A DNA stretch of 63,994 nucleotides, counting the filler, from Archaeoglobus sp. JdFR-37 (lineage in GTDB: Archaea > Halobacteriota > Archaeoglobi > Archaeoglobales > Archaeoglobaceae): assembly GCA_002010215.1 (NCBI GenBank). It is 4 parts of 4 records of this genome, joined end to end, with 100 filler letters (N's around TTAATTAATTAA, not from the genome) between each part and the next. Parts side by side here need not be neighbours in the genome. Positions count along the whole stretch, not along the records: positions 1 to 22,351 come from MTMY01000048.1; positions 22,452 to 43,970 come from MTMY01000042.1; 2 more parts are not named here. One strand, written 5' to 3'. Numbering within the stretch: position 1 is the first letter of the stretch; every line of letters starts with the position of its first letter. Below are positions 20,688 to 28,433 of this stretch, one piece after another. The notes beneath the pieces are model-generated. The model searched no databases. It was not told where the DNA came from and saw only the letters and a program-made list of their open reading frames with translations. Made by a program: the position numbers and the translations under genes.

Positions 20688-20879
20688 TTATCGAAACTCT
20701 CTGGGTACCAGCATGATATCAAAATCATCCCTCAATTTCTTGAGCAGATCGGGTTTTAGCAGGAATTCAGGCACCGGAATGCCGATCACCCATGGATGCC
20801 TTACAACAATTCTTACTTCCTTGTCAAACTCTCTTAAAAGTTCTACCGGAATTCTAATGGATAATTCGCCCCTTTCCAT
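20688..20879 (-). CDS. 63-aa small protein, candidate precursor/substrate of the adjacent radical SAM enzyme
   Basis: MERGELSIRIPVELLREFDKEVRIVVRHPWVIGIPVPEFLLKPDLLKKLRDDFDIMLVPREFR; AGGAGGTGA RBS at 20885-20893; TATA box upstream. Confidence 0.8.
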   Translation of the reverse strand: MERGELSIRIPVELLREFDKEVRIVVRHPWVIGIPVPEFLLKPDLLKKLRDDFDIMLVPREFR

Positions 20880-20924
20880 GAATTTCACCTCCTTTCGGTA
20901 ATACATTCGTTAATTCGTTCTTCT

Positions 20925-20940
20925 TATTTAAATCTTTTTG
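20925..20940 (-). promoter_or_regulatory. Archaeal BRE/TATA promoter of the peptide-radical SAM operon
   Basis: Minus strand CAAAAAGA-TTTAAATA, about 45-55 bp upstream of the peptide ATG. Confidence 0.65.
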
Positions 20941-21049
20941 AATCTATATTAACTACAATCATATGTAACTTATTAGATAGATTATTATATTCGTTGAACT
21001 AAAAGTAATACGCTGAATTGATTCACTATGCTGAAAATCACTTATATTA

Positions 21050-21229
21050 ATGAGGTTCCAGCCTATTGTCAACGCAATAAAAGAAAACAACGGATGGAGA
21101 TCAGATTTATCACCTGAAGAGGCAGCAAGGCGTGTTTTCATGGTTTTTCTGGAGGATTTCAAGCTCGATGTTGTTACTGTAAAAAAGAAGGTTCTCCGTG
21201 TTTTTCCTGAGCTGGAAGGTGTGATATGA
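21050..21229 (+). CDS. 59-aa hypothetical protein, possibly a C-terminal remnant
   Basis: MRFQPIVNAIKENNGWRSDLSPEEAARRVFMVFLEDFKLDVVTVKKKVLRVFPELEGVI*; below the ORF-track length cutoff. Confidence 0.4.
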   Translation: MRFQPIVNAIKENNGWRSDLSPEEAARRVFMVFLEDFKLDVVTVKKKVLRVFPELEGVI

Positions 21230-21248
21230 GTTTAGAGGAGGTGGAAGC

Positions 21249-21377
21249 TTGACCATCCACGAGCTTGCCGAATCCGGAACCTGCCTTTGTGGCGGGAATT
21301 TTGAGGATAGGGGAGACAGGCTGGTTTGTGGGAAGTGCGGTTTGGGGATTTTGCTGGATCCAAAGAGTGATGCCTGA
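21249..21377 (+). CDS. 42-aa zinc-ribbon-like microprotein
   Basis: TTG start after GGAGGTG RBS; MTIHELAESGTCLCGGNFEDRGDRLVCGKCGLGILLDPKSDA* (CxC...CxxC). Confidence 0.6.
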   Translation: MTIHELAESGTCLCGGNFEDRGDRLVCGKCGLGILLDPKSDA

Positions 21378-21389
21378 TGCCGGCTACAT

Positions 21390-21557
21390 TGTGTCCACAT
21401 CCACAGGACCGTTATTGTGGCCACAGTCCAGAGATCTCCCTTTTGTGGTCACAACCTCCTGGTTACTGTGTCCACAGGGTGGACGTCCACCTTGTGTCCA
21501 CAACACCGCAGCTGCTGTTGTGGTCACAGCTCGAGGATCCAGGGTATTGTGTCCACA
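21390..21557. repeat. Array of seven palindromic TGTG-NN-CACA boxes
   Basis: Boxes start at 21390, 21416, 21444, 21467, 21493, 21519, 21548 (periods 26, 28, 23, 26, 26, 29). Confidence 0.9.
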
Positions 21558-21582
21558 ATGGACCTGTGTGGGGGGTTGAACC

Positions 21583-21894
21583 ATGTCCGTGAAGATAGAA
21601 TTTGAGAAGGTCTGGGGAGAGGGCTGGTGGGCGAGAGAGAAGAAGGTGGGAAAGCACAAGTGAAGGCTCAACGGCGGGGAGTACGTCAGCCCTCGCATCG
21701 TTCTCAGCAGCGATTACAACCATTTCATTGGCAAGAACTTCGAGGTTTACCAGGCTAAAGGGACCATTACAAAAGAGGAGTGGAGCCAAACAAGAGAGCG
21801 CACCGGAACCTTCCTGATCCTGTTCTTCCCGGATGTCCAGGTTGAGGAGTTTGAAGATGAGGAGGAGTTCGATGATTTCGATGAAGAATTCTGA
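21583..21894 (+). pseudogene. 103-codon acidic-tailed hypothetical protein with one in-frame TGA at 21661
   Basis: MSVKIEFEKVWGEGWWAREKKVGKHK*RLNGGEYVSPRIVLSSDYNHFIGKNFEVY...EEFEDEEEFDDFDEEF*; protein-like on both sides of the stop. Confidence 0.6.
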
Positions 21895-22183
21895 GGTCCA
21901 TTGTGGTCACATGGAGCTCCCTGTGTCCACAGAGGTTCCAGGAGATTGTGACCACAACAGAGGACCATCAAGGTCTCGATGCAAGGTCTGCCAGAAGGGC
22001 CTCGCAAAGCAGGTTGAGGAGTTGAGGTCCCAGGGTTGCGGGTACAGGACCATCGCCAGGAGGCTGGGATGGAGAGTCAGCTACCAGACAATCAGGAGGC
22101 ACCTGCAGAACTGTAACACACAGTTTGAGGATTCAAGCCCAGTTGGAAGTGGTAAAGAGGTGTTACAGTTTGGGGAGGTCTGA
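21881..22183 (+). CDS. CxxC plus HTH DNA-binding protein of mobile-element type
   Basis: RCKVCQ...ELRSQGCGYRTIARRLGWRVSYQTIRRHLQNC; exact start uncertain. Confidence 0.6.
   Translation: MKNSEVHCGHMELPVSTEVPGDCDHNRGPSRSRCKVCQKGLAKQVEELRSQGCGYRTIARRLGWRVSYQTIRRHLQNCNTQFEDSSPVGSGKEVLQFGEV
21902..21956. repeat. Second cluster of three TGTG-NN-CACA boxes
   Basis: TGTGGTCACA 21902, TGTGTCCACA 21922, TGTGACCACA 21947. Confidence 0.88.
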
Positions 22184-22331
22184 GAGATACAATGGCCCGA
22201 CATTCGAACAGGCCTTCTGGCTCGATGTTGCTGTGATGATTAAGCTCGCCCAGGTGGTCGGGCAGGTTTTAGCTGAGGTGTGGAGAAAGAAGCTGGAGGA
22301 GTTGAGAGAAGATGATGAAGCAAACCCATGA
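22125..22331 (+). CDS. Small hypothetical protein of the element
   Basis: Protein-like C-terminal half (PTFEQAFWLDVAVMIKLAQ...WRKKLEELRE); start uncertain. Confidence 0.4.
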   Translation: MRIQAQLEVVKRCYSLGRSERYNGPTFEQAFWLDVAVMIKLAQVVGQVLAEVWRKKLEELREDDEANP

Positions 22332-22351
22332 GATTCCGGATGTGCTATATA

Positions 22352-22451
22352 NNNNNNNNNNNNNNNNNNNNNNNNNNNNNNNNNNNNNNNNNNNNTTAAT
22401 TAATTAANNNNNNNNNNNNNNNNNNNNNNNNNNNNNNNNNNNNNNNNNNNN
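22352..22451. other. Artificial contig linker
   Basis: N-run with central TTAATTAATTAA (stops in six frames). Confidence 0.98.
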
Positions 22452-22592
22452 GCTCCCTGTCGTTGAATCTGAGCTAGGACTTGACAGATTTTATGAATGA
22501 ATAGGTGTAGCTACCTGTGTAATTCTCCTTCTCCATCACACTGATAAAGTCAGAGTTCTGACTCATGAGCCATATCTGAGCTTTGAAAGACA

Positions 22593-22988
22593 TTGTTAAA
22601 TCCCCTAAAGGCAATCAGAGAATGGGCCAGAGTAGTCAAACTTGGTGGAAAGGTTGTGGCAATTGACGGAAAATGGTTGAGTAATGGAGTTGACAGGCTT
22701 AAATGGCTGGTGGGCAATATGGTGGTGGCAGCCTATGAAAGACGAAATCCATGGAGAAACAGATATAGAAAGGATGTGTGCAGAATGCTCCTGTTCTACA
22801 ATGGATCCAGCCCCGAGAAAATTGTGGAAATGTTTCGGGTTGCTGGCCTCGCGGTAACTTCTGTCAAGGACCTCATGTGGCTGAGGGAAGCGCAAAGGAG
22901 GAACATGCCTCCAGTTTACTGGCTGATATGGGGTTCAAAATCGTACTACTTTGTGGAAGGCTTTAAGGGGATTAAAGTAGATATGTAG
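22593..22988 (+). pseudogene. C-terminal fragment of a class I SAM-dependent methyltransferase
   Basis: NPLKAIREWARVVKLGGKVVAIDG post-motif segment present; the N-terminal SAM-binding motif is absent. Confidence 0.65.
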
Positions 22989-23052
22989 ATTAAGGTAGAT
23001 TGAGGTTGGATTTAGATAGTTTTTAAAAGATTTTTAGAGAAGCGAATAGCGA

Positions 23053-23628
23053 TTACATCACAAAAACGGCAGCCGCGACGACAGTTGTATAGCCATCTTT
23101 TACCTTAGCTTTCTTCGTCACATTAAATGTCTTGAAATCGTCAATGCCGAAGGCTGTGCTGAGCATGTAAGCGGCCATTTCTTCTGAATGCTTCCCAATC
23201 TTCTCTTCGCTCTCATTTTCATCACAGTAACCGTAGTATTCTGTCAGATATCCGTTGAGTGTCGAGTCTTCTGGTATGGCCGCTCCGATGCTGGCGTATA
23301 TTTGCTTGCCCTCTTCATTACTGCTAATCTTGGCCATCACGCAGAATACTATCTGGCCTGGCATGAGCTCACCCAACCCCTCCTCAACCTCTACTTTCTC
23401 GCAGCCAGGTGGGTAGATGCTGCTCACTGTAACCAGATTGAACTTCTCTATCTTGGCATCTCTTAATGCCAGCTCGAAGCTCACCAACTCATCCTCATGC
23501 CTGCCAACACCGGTGGTGAAGAATATCTTTTTGGGGAGGAGGGGATTATTTGCCACAAACATCTCCATTCCTATTTTCCCAGTTTTTTCTGCAGTTTCCT
23601 TTGCTCTCTCTGTCGTTTCTCCCGGCAT
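23053..23628 (-). CDS. pdaD: Pyruvoyl-dependent arginine decarboxylase
   Basis: SFELALRDAKIEKFNLVTVSSIYPP with the Ser-Ser autocleavage site. Confidence 0.9.
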   Translation of the reverse strand: MPGETTERAKETAEKTGKIGMEMFVANNPLLPKKIFFTTGVGRHEDELVSFELALRDAKIEKFNLVTVSSIYPPGCEKVEVEEGLGELMPGQIVFCVMAKISSNEEGKQIYASIGAAIPEDSTLNGYLTEYYGYCDENESEEKIGKHSEEMAAYMLSTAFGIDDFKTFNVTKKAKVKDGYTTVVAAAVFVM

Positions 23629-23755
23629 TCTGTTATGGCATGTCTGGATGAACTTAAAAACTTTTTCCAGCGGGTTGACTTCAGGGCTTGCTCAGGTTTG
23701 CTTAGGGCGTTTCAGTGTCGCTTCAGGCTTCAGAGCTTCAGCTTTATAAACTGTG

Positions 23756-24925
23756 ATGAAGAAAAAGCCTCTAATGAAGTATCTCGCCTCAGCAGCCCTT
23801 GCAGTCTTCACAGTAATGCTGGGTGTTGGGATAGTCTCACCAATCTTACCAATCTATGCCACCAATCTTGGGGCGACAGGGATCTGGATCGGGCTAATCT
23901 TCTCCATATTCTCCTTTTCACGGTTTCTCTTTCTGCCAGTTTTCGGGAAAATTGGGGATGATGTGGGAAAGAAGAAGGTAATTCTCATCGGTCTCCTCTT
24001 TTACGCCATGATGTCTTTTGCCTATATACTCACCTCAAACCTTCTGGAACTGACGGCTGTAAGGCTCCTCCATGGCATTGCTTCGGCAATGGTAATTCCG
24101 GTAGCGCTTGGAATTGTTGCAGAAAAGGCCAGAAGAGGGAGTGAAGGATTCTCCATGGGCGTGATGAACCAAGCAATCTTTCTGGGGATGGCTGCAGGTC
24201 CTCTTGTGGGGGGAGTGATTGGCAACATCGCCATTGAGCTCAGCTTCGCGTCCATGGGTATTCTGAGCCTTATTGCATTAATCCTCGTCCTCTTCACGTT
24301 CCCTGCCGATACTGGAAAGAGAGAAACGAAATTCAGGAAGGTCATCGAAAGCAAAATTGTTAGAGCGGCAATCCTCTTCAGAATTCTGAATGCCTTTGGC
24401 AGGGGTAGCGTCATGAGCTTCTTCCCAATTTATCTGGCACTGCTGGGATACGATTTATCCTTTATAGGTCTCGCAGTAACTCTCACTCTCCTCATGTCTG
24501 CAGTCATGCAACCCTTTGCCGGAAAACTTGCAGACTCCATCGACATGGTGAAGCCTGTTTTTCTGGGAACCACCCTCACGTCTCTCCTTCTGTTTGCGAT
24601 AGTCAGGGTTGAGAGCCTGATGGCAATATTAACAGCATCTATAGGCTTGGGGCTGGTGAGCGGAATTGCACTGCCAGCAGTCAGCGCAGCAGTGGCCATT
24701 AACAGCAGAGGGCACGAATCTTCAGCCATGGGGCTGTTGTCAGCATCAAAAAGCTTGGGTAGGATGGTAGGGCCTCTGACTATTGGAATAATCTACGATT
24801 TGGCTGGAGGTGGTGTGGAGGCGATACGCACCGCATTCCTTTTCGCTTCCGCCATGACCTTTCTTGCCGGAGTGATATTTGTCAGGATGGCTGGTAGGGA
24901 AGAGATTATGGTTGATATTGATTGA
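23756..24925 (+). CDS. MFS transporter
   Basis: About 12 TM segments; FGKIGDDVGKK motif A; start could be ATG 23774. Confidence 0.9.
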   Translation: MKKKPLMKYLASAALAVFTVMLGVGIVSPILPIYATNLGATGIWIGLIFSIFSFSRFLFLPVFGKIGDDVGKKKVILIGLLFYAMMSFAYILTSNLLELTAVRLLHGIASAMVIPVALGIVAEKARRGSEGFSMGVMNQAIFLGMAAGPLVGGVIGNIAIELSFASMGILSLIALILVLFTFPADTGKRETKFRKVIESKIVRAAILFRILNAFGRGSVMSFFPIYLALLGYDLSFIGLAVTLTLLMSAVMQPFAGKLADSIDMVKPVFLGTTLTSLLLFAIVRVESLMAILTASIGLGLVSGIALPAVSAAVAINSRGHESSAMGLLSASKSLGRMVGPLTIGIIYDLAGGGVEAIRTAFLFASAMTFLAGVIFVRMAGREEIMVDID

Positions 24926-25015
24926 TTTGGGGTGAAGCATCTGAAAGCGGGTATAATGTGGAGCGGCAGAGCTACGATGTTGTCACCAAAAATGGATTCA
25001 GGTTTAAGTGGGACA

Positions 25016-25549
25016 ATGAAAGCTCTGGGTATTATATCGACAGCCATCATCTCCACCCTGTTAATCATAGGCTGCACCCAGCCGATTGAAAAACCGGAAA
25101 AGGCCCCACAAATTGAAATCTTCCCGTCTGCAGGTTCATATCTCCCAAAATATGAACGATTTGCAACGGTTTATGATAAAACAAACCTTCTGCTTATCAA
25201 TTTCAGTGTCAGGGTAACCAAAGCGGAAAAAGGATACGGTTCCACAATGGACAGAGAAAAACCATATGAGATCATGCCTGGCGACCGGATTATAGTAATA
25301 GAAGGCTGGGTCAGGAATGAGGATGAAGAGACAGAATACTTGGTTCTGACAGCAAGGGGATACGATTCTTCTGGAAATGAAATAGTCAGGTCTTATGGTT
25401 TGGGGGCTCCAGGAACCGCTCCATGGATGGGAGATTATTTCAGGCTTGGAAAGGGTGAGGAGGGAAAGTTCAGGCTGGTTTTGAAGCACAATGACAGGAT
25501 TTCTACCATCAGAATCTTCGCAGATTTGTATAAAATGCCTATACCGTGA
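25016..25549 (+). CDS. Putative lipoprotein of unknown function
   Basis: MKALGIISTAIISTLLIIGC signal peptide with lipobox; beta-rich body. Confidence 0.7.
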   Translation: MKALGIISTAIISTLLIIGCTQPIEKPEKAPQIEIFPSAGSYLPKYERFATVYDKTNLLLINFSVRVTKAEKGYGSTMDREKPYEIMPGDRIIVIEGWVRNEDEETEYLVLTARGYDSSGNEIVRSYGLGAPGTAPWMGDYFRLGKGEEGKFRLVLKHNDRISTIRIFADLYKMPIP

Positions 25550-25679
25550 TAATTTTAATTATACGTGCACGTTAAGTATTTTTCAGTTTGTCAAGATCGT
25601 ACCTCCCTCTGTTGGTGCGACCATAATCCCAATCTGTTAAAAATTTATTCTGATTTGGAACAGAACTTTTTCCCATGTT

Positions 25680-25875
25680 TATTTTTCAAGTTAAGAGACC
25701 TTACTATTCTCATTCCCGTCATCCAGCAAACCGCCAGACCATTTTTCTTTGCCAAGGTAATTGCTTCAGCCCCCCTTCATCCAAAAATGCCGGGAGAACT
25801 TTGGCAAGTTCTCCTTTCACCTCGTTGGCGATAATAATCCAGTCCTCATCCACATGTTTTTCCTTCAGACTTTCT
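25680..25875 (-). pseudogene. Frameshifted relic of a DUF3368-like PIN-domain protein
   Basis: Across frames: DWIII...FLDEG / AEAITLAKKNG / LLDDG / RIVRSLNLK, matching the LDxGEAEAIxLA...LxDD pattern. Confidence 0.5.
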
Positions 25876-25918
25876 GAGTGTCAATATATTTAAATACAAT
25901 TACGTATACGTATTAAAC

Positions 25919-26167
25919 ATGAAAGTGGTGCCGGTTAGATTAGATGACAGAAAATTGAAAGATTTAGACCTGCTCGTAAAAGCTGGCATATACAAGAATA
26001 GGAGCGAAGCTTTGAGAAAGATAATTGAAAACGGGATGAAAAAAGTCGAAGCTGAAATTGAATACCTTAAAAAGATTGATGAGATTGTTGACAAAATAAT
26101 CGACTCCGAGCTCAACTTTGGTGGAATGCTGAGGAAATCACTGGAAGAGGTGAGAGACAGGTGGTAG
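25919..26167 (+). CDS. Ribbon-helix-helix antitoxin (CopG/VapB-like)
   Basis: VVPVRL...LDLLVKAGIYKNRSEALR; overlaps the PIN gene. Confidence 0.85.
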   Translation: MKVVPVRLDDRKLKDLDLLVKAGIYKNRSEALRKIIENGMKKVEAEIEYLKKIDEIVDKIIDSELNFGGMLRKSLEEVRDRW

Positions 26168-26652
26168 TTTACGTTGATACGAGCGTAATAGTGGCAGCCA
26201 TCGATAGAGGTGATAGAAGAAACAAGGAAGCAGATAAATTCCTTTTAAGAGAGAAGGAAAAGATAATATCCCCTCTCGTGCTGGCAGAAGTGTTTTCAGT
26301 AGTTTCAAGGAATTCTGATAGATTAATGTCTGGATTTGACGTGGAAATTGACGAAGAAGACCTACCTGCAGTCATCGCAAGATTGAGCATGAAAAAGTAT
26401 GGGTTAAATGTCATCTATTCCTTCGATAAGGAATTTACCATATTTGGAGAGGTTCCGGCTGAGATTAAGCTGGCAATCACACTCGCACCAAAATTAAAGC
26501 TTCGAACCCTAGATTTGCTGCACTTAAGCAATGCATGGAATCTCAGGTTGAATGGATATGACGTTGATGAATTCGCAACCTTTGACAGTGGAATTCTGGA
26601 AAAGGCCGTAGTGGTTGGGGAGCTGACAAATATTAGGGTAATTGAGCCCTGA
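26161..26652 (+). CDS. PIN-domain toxin (VapC-like)
   Basis: YVDTSVIV, LAE, LRTLDLLH, TFD acidic residues. Confidence 0.88.
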   Translation: MVVYVDTSVIVAAIDRGDRRNKEADKFLLREKEKIISPLVLAEVFSVVSRNSDRLMSGFDVEIDEEDLPAVIARLSMKKYGLNVIYSFDKEFTIFGEVPAEIKLAITLAPKLKLRTLDLLHLSNAWNLRLNGYDVDEFATFDSGILEKAVVVGELTNIRVIEP

Positions 26653-26764
26653 GCCCTGAACCGTATGTGGAGAGGATGTCAGGGTGGCTCTACAGGGTGT
26701 CTCGGTTGTGATGTTGTAAGTTTGAGTTATGGTGGGCGTAAGTTGTGAGGGGGGGGTTTTGAGT

Positions 26765-26918
26765 CCTCTTACCACCCTCGCCAGACTTATAGAATTTGCA
26801 AGCTGCTAGTTTTTATATCCGATAGCTCCTTGTCTTTCTTAGATATTTCACCTGCATTGAGTCTTCCCAGCTCCTTTCGGCATCCCATCTCGTAGTCTAT
26901 GCTTCTCCAGCTATCCAT
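26765..26918 (-). pseudogene. N-terminal relic of a tyrosine integrase
   Basis: MDSWRSIDYEMGCRKELGRLNAGEISKKDKEL / IGYKN*QLANSISLARVVR; shares WRSIDY...IS.K.K.L...YKN with the relic at 48482-48598. Confidence 0.5.
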
Positions 26919-27011
26919 CGGTATATAACCGGTTGATTTTAGAATTTAAACCCTCTAGGTTTGTTAACGTGCCCAAAACCTTGTTATGAGGACTCATACC
27001 GTGATCAATCC

Positions 27012-28049
27012 TTAAACAAGATTTGTGAGCTTTGAAGATGCAATCTCCATGGCTCTCCTCATTTCTGTCCCGCTCAATCTTCTTGCGATTTCAGGGTAGT
27101 CGTAGGCTTTGAACGTGGGGTAGTATTGAAACATCAGGTTGAATCGAACTTTTCTGCCAAGGTTCTCTGCTATCCACTCTACAATTTTCGCTGTACAGCA
27201 CTCGATGTGTCCGGGCATTACTAGGTGCCTTATCAGAAGCTCTCCCGTCCTGTTTGCCAGCGTAAAGTTACGGGTAACAACCTTCCAGTAGTTTCTGACG
27301 TTGCTGTAGTGCTTAGCACACTCATCGTTCCCGTACTTGAAATCTCCAAGCCAGACGTCAACAATATCTTCTATAACCTCATGTAGCTCTATGCTGTGGT
27401 ACATGTTAGAGTTCCAGACCACAGGTACGTTCGACTCCACATTGCCAAGGATTTCCATAATGGTGTGGGCATGCTGATCCGGATTTCCGCCAACAAAGTT
27501 CACATTTCTGCTTCCCTGCCTGAACCTGACATCTATTACTCTACCAAGCTCTTCAGGGTCAACTCTGCCATCGTTCCTGTAAACTATATCGAAATTCTGG
27601 CAGAAAACGCATGCAAAGGTGCATCGGTTGAAGAAGATGGTGTGGGATGGAACCAGCTCCGGCTCCTCGCCAAAATGAAGAAATTCGCTGCTGTAATAGC
27701 TTGTTATACCGCACTTGCAGAAGCCGGTCTTCTCATATCGGTTAACTCCACATCGCCTCTCGCAGAAGTTGCAGTTTTTCAGCATCTCTTTTAGGAGAGC
27801 TAGTTTGAGCTGGAGGAAGGAAGGAGAGCCAGGAGGGGTGTCGAGGAAGTCGGGATTGTTGCCCTCTTCTTTCAGTAATCTACTGAATTCTTTTTTGTAC
27901 TGTCCGTGCAGCTCCCACAGCTTCTCCAGACGCCCTTCATCGCTGTCCTGCTCCAGAAAATCCTCAACTTCCATTCTCCTAGCTATCTGGAATTTGGCTA
28001 TGGCCTCGCCACGGTTTATGGCTTCGTATCTTTCCAGCCCCCTGACCAC
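27012..28049 (-). CDS. PflX-like radical SAM protein
   Basis: CNFCERRCGVNR, HFGEEPEL, CTFACVFCQN, DFKYGN, RHLVMPG. Confidence 0.88.
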   Translation of the reverse strand: MVRGLERYEAINRGEAIAKFQIARRMEVEDFLEQDSDEGRLEKLWELHGQYKKEFSRLLKEEGNNPDFLDTPPGSPSFLQLKLALLKEMLKNCNFCERRCGVNRYEKTGFCKCGITSYYSSEFLHFGEEPELVPSHTIFFNRCTFACVFCQNFDIVYRNDGRVDPEELGRVIDVRFRQGSRNVNFVGGNPDQHAHTIMEILGNVESNVPVVWNSNMYHSIELHEVIEDIVDVWLGDFKYGNDECAKHYSNVRNYWKVVTRNFTLANRTGELLIRHLVMPGHIECCTAKIVEWIAENLGRKVRFNLMFQYYPTFKAYDYPEIARRLSGTEMRRAMEIASSKLTNLV

Positions 28050-28062
28050 GAGAATTTATTGG

Positions 28063-28121
28063 AGCTGAACAGGATAAAGTTTTCTGGTATTTCTGGTAGC
28101 TGAACAGGATAAAGTTTTCTG
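28063..28121. repeat. Exact 24-bp direct repeat AGCTGAACAGGATAAAGTTTTCTG
   Basis: Copies at 28063-28086 and 28098-28121. Confidence 0.9.
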
Positions 28122-28205
28122 TGTTTGGTGAATTCTCTTGATTGAACTCTCTTGATATTAGCTAACAGTAGTAAATTTTATTAATACAAAATTGTAATAC
28201 AGATT

Positions 28206-28433
28206 ATGGAGTACGTGACAATCTCTGCAAGAATCAGAAAAGAGTTGAAAGAGGAGATGGACAAGCTCGGAATTAAACCTTCGGAGGTTATAAGGGAAGC
28301 TGTGGAGGAAAGCATAAGGAGAAAGAAAATGGAAATACTCAAAGCAAGGCTGAAGGAAGCTGAAGAAATACTGAAGAAGGTTAGTGAGGAGGAGTGGGTT
28401 TCTGCCGTTAGAGAGAGCAGGGAGGAAAAATGA
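28206..28433 (+). CDS. Antitoxin (VapB/RHH-like)
   Basis: VTISARIRKELKE...SEVIREAVEE, C-terminal VRESREE; overlaps the toxin gene. Confidence 0.85.
   Translation: MEYVTISARIRKELKEEMDKLGIKPSEVIREAVEESIRRKKMEILKARLKEAEEILKKVSEEEWVSAVRESREEK

Larger units (their letters stand above)
21050..22351 (+). mobile_element. Remnant of an integrated virus/plasmid-like element, cut by the contig end
   Basis: Run of short co-directional orphan ORFs (Zn-finger, acidic-tailed, CxxC-HTH), a palindromic box array, and visibly higher GC than flanks. Confidence 0.6.

Noticed and set aside
21390..21557. CRISPR array interpretation of the box array
   Set aside because: Repeats are only 10-14 bp with variable centres, spacers are 13-19 bp and partly palindromic, and no leader or cas genes are visible.
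21265..21789. Overlapping Cys/His-rich ORFs in several frames (CGH, CPQ, VST repeats)
   Set aside because: They are translations of the palindromic boxes on both strands and lack a convincing RBS; better explained as DNA-level repeats.
22352..22451. TTAATTAATTAA palindrome inside N-runs (also at 43971-44070 and 59963-60062)
   Set aside because: Artificial contig-joining linker; gene neighbourhoods across these points were not interpreted.
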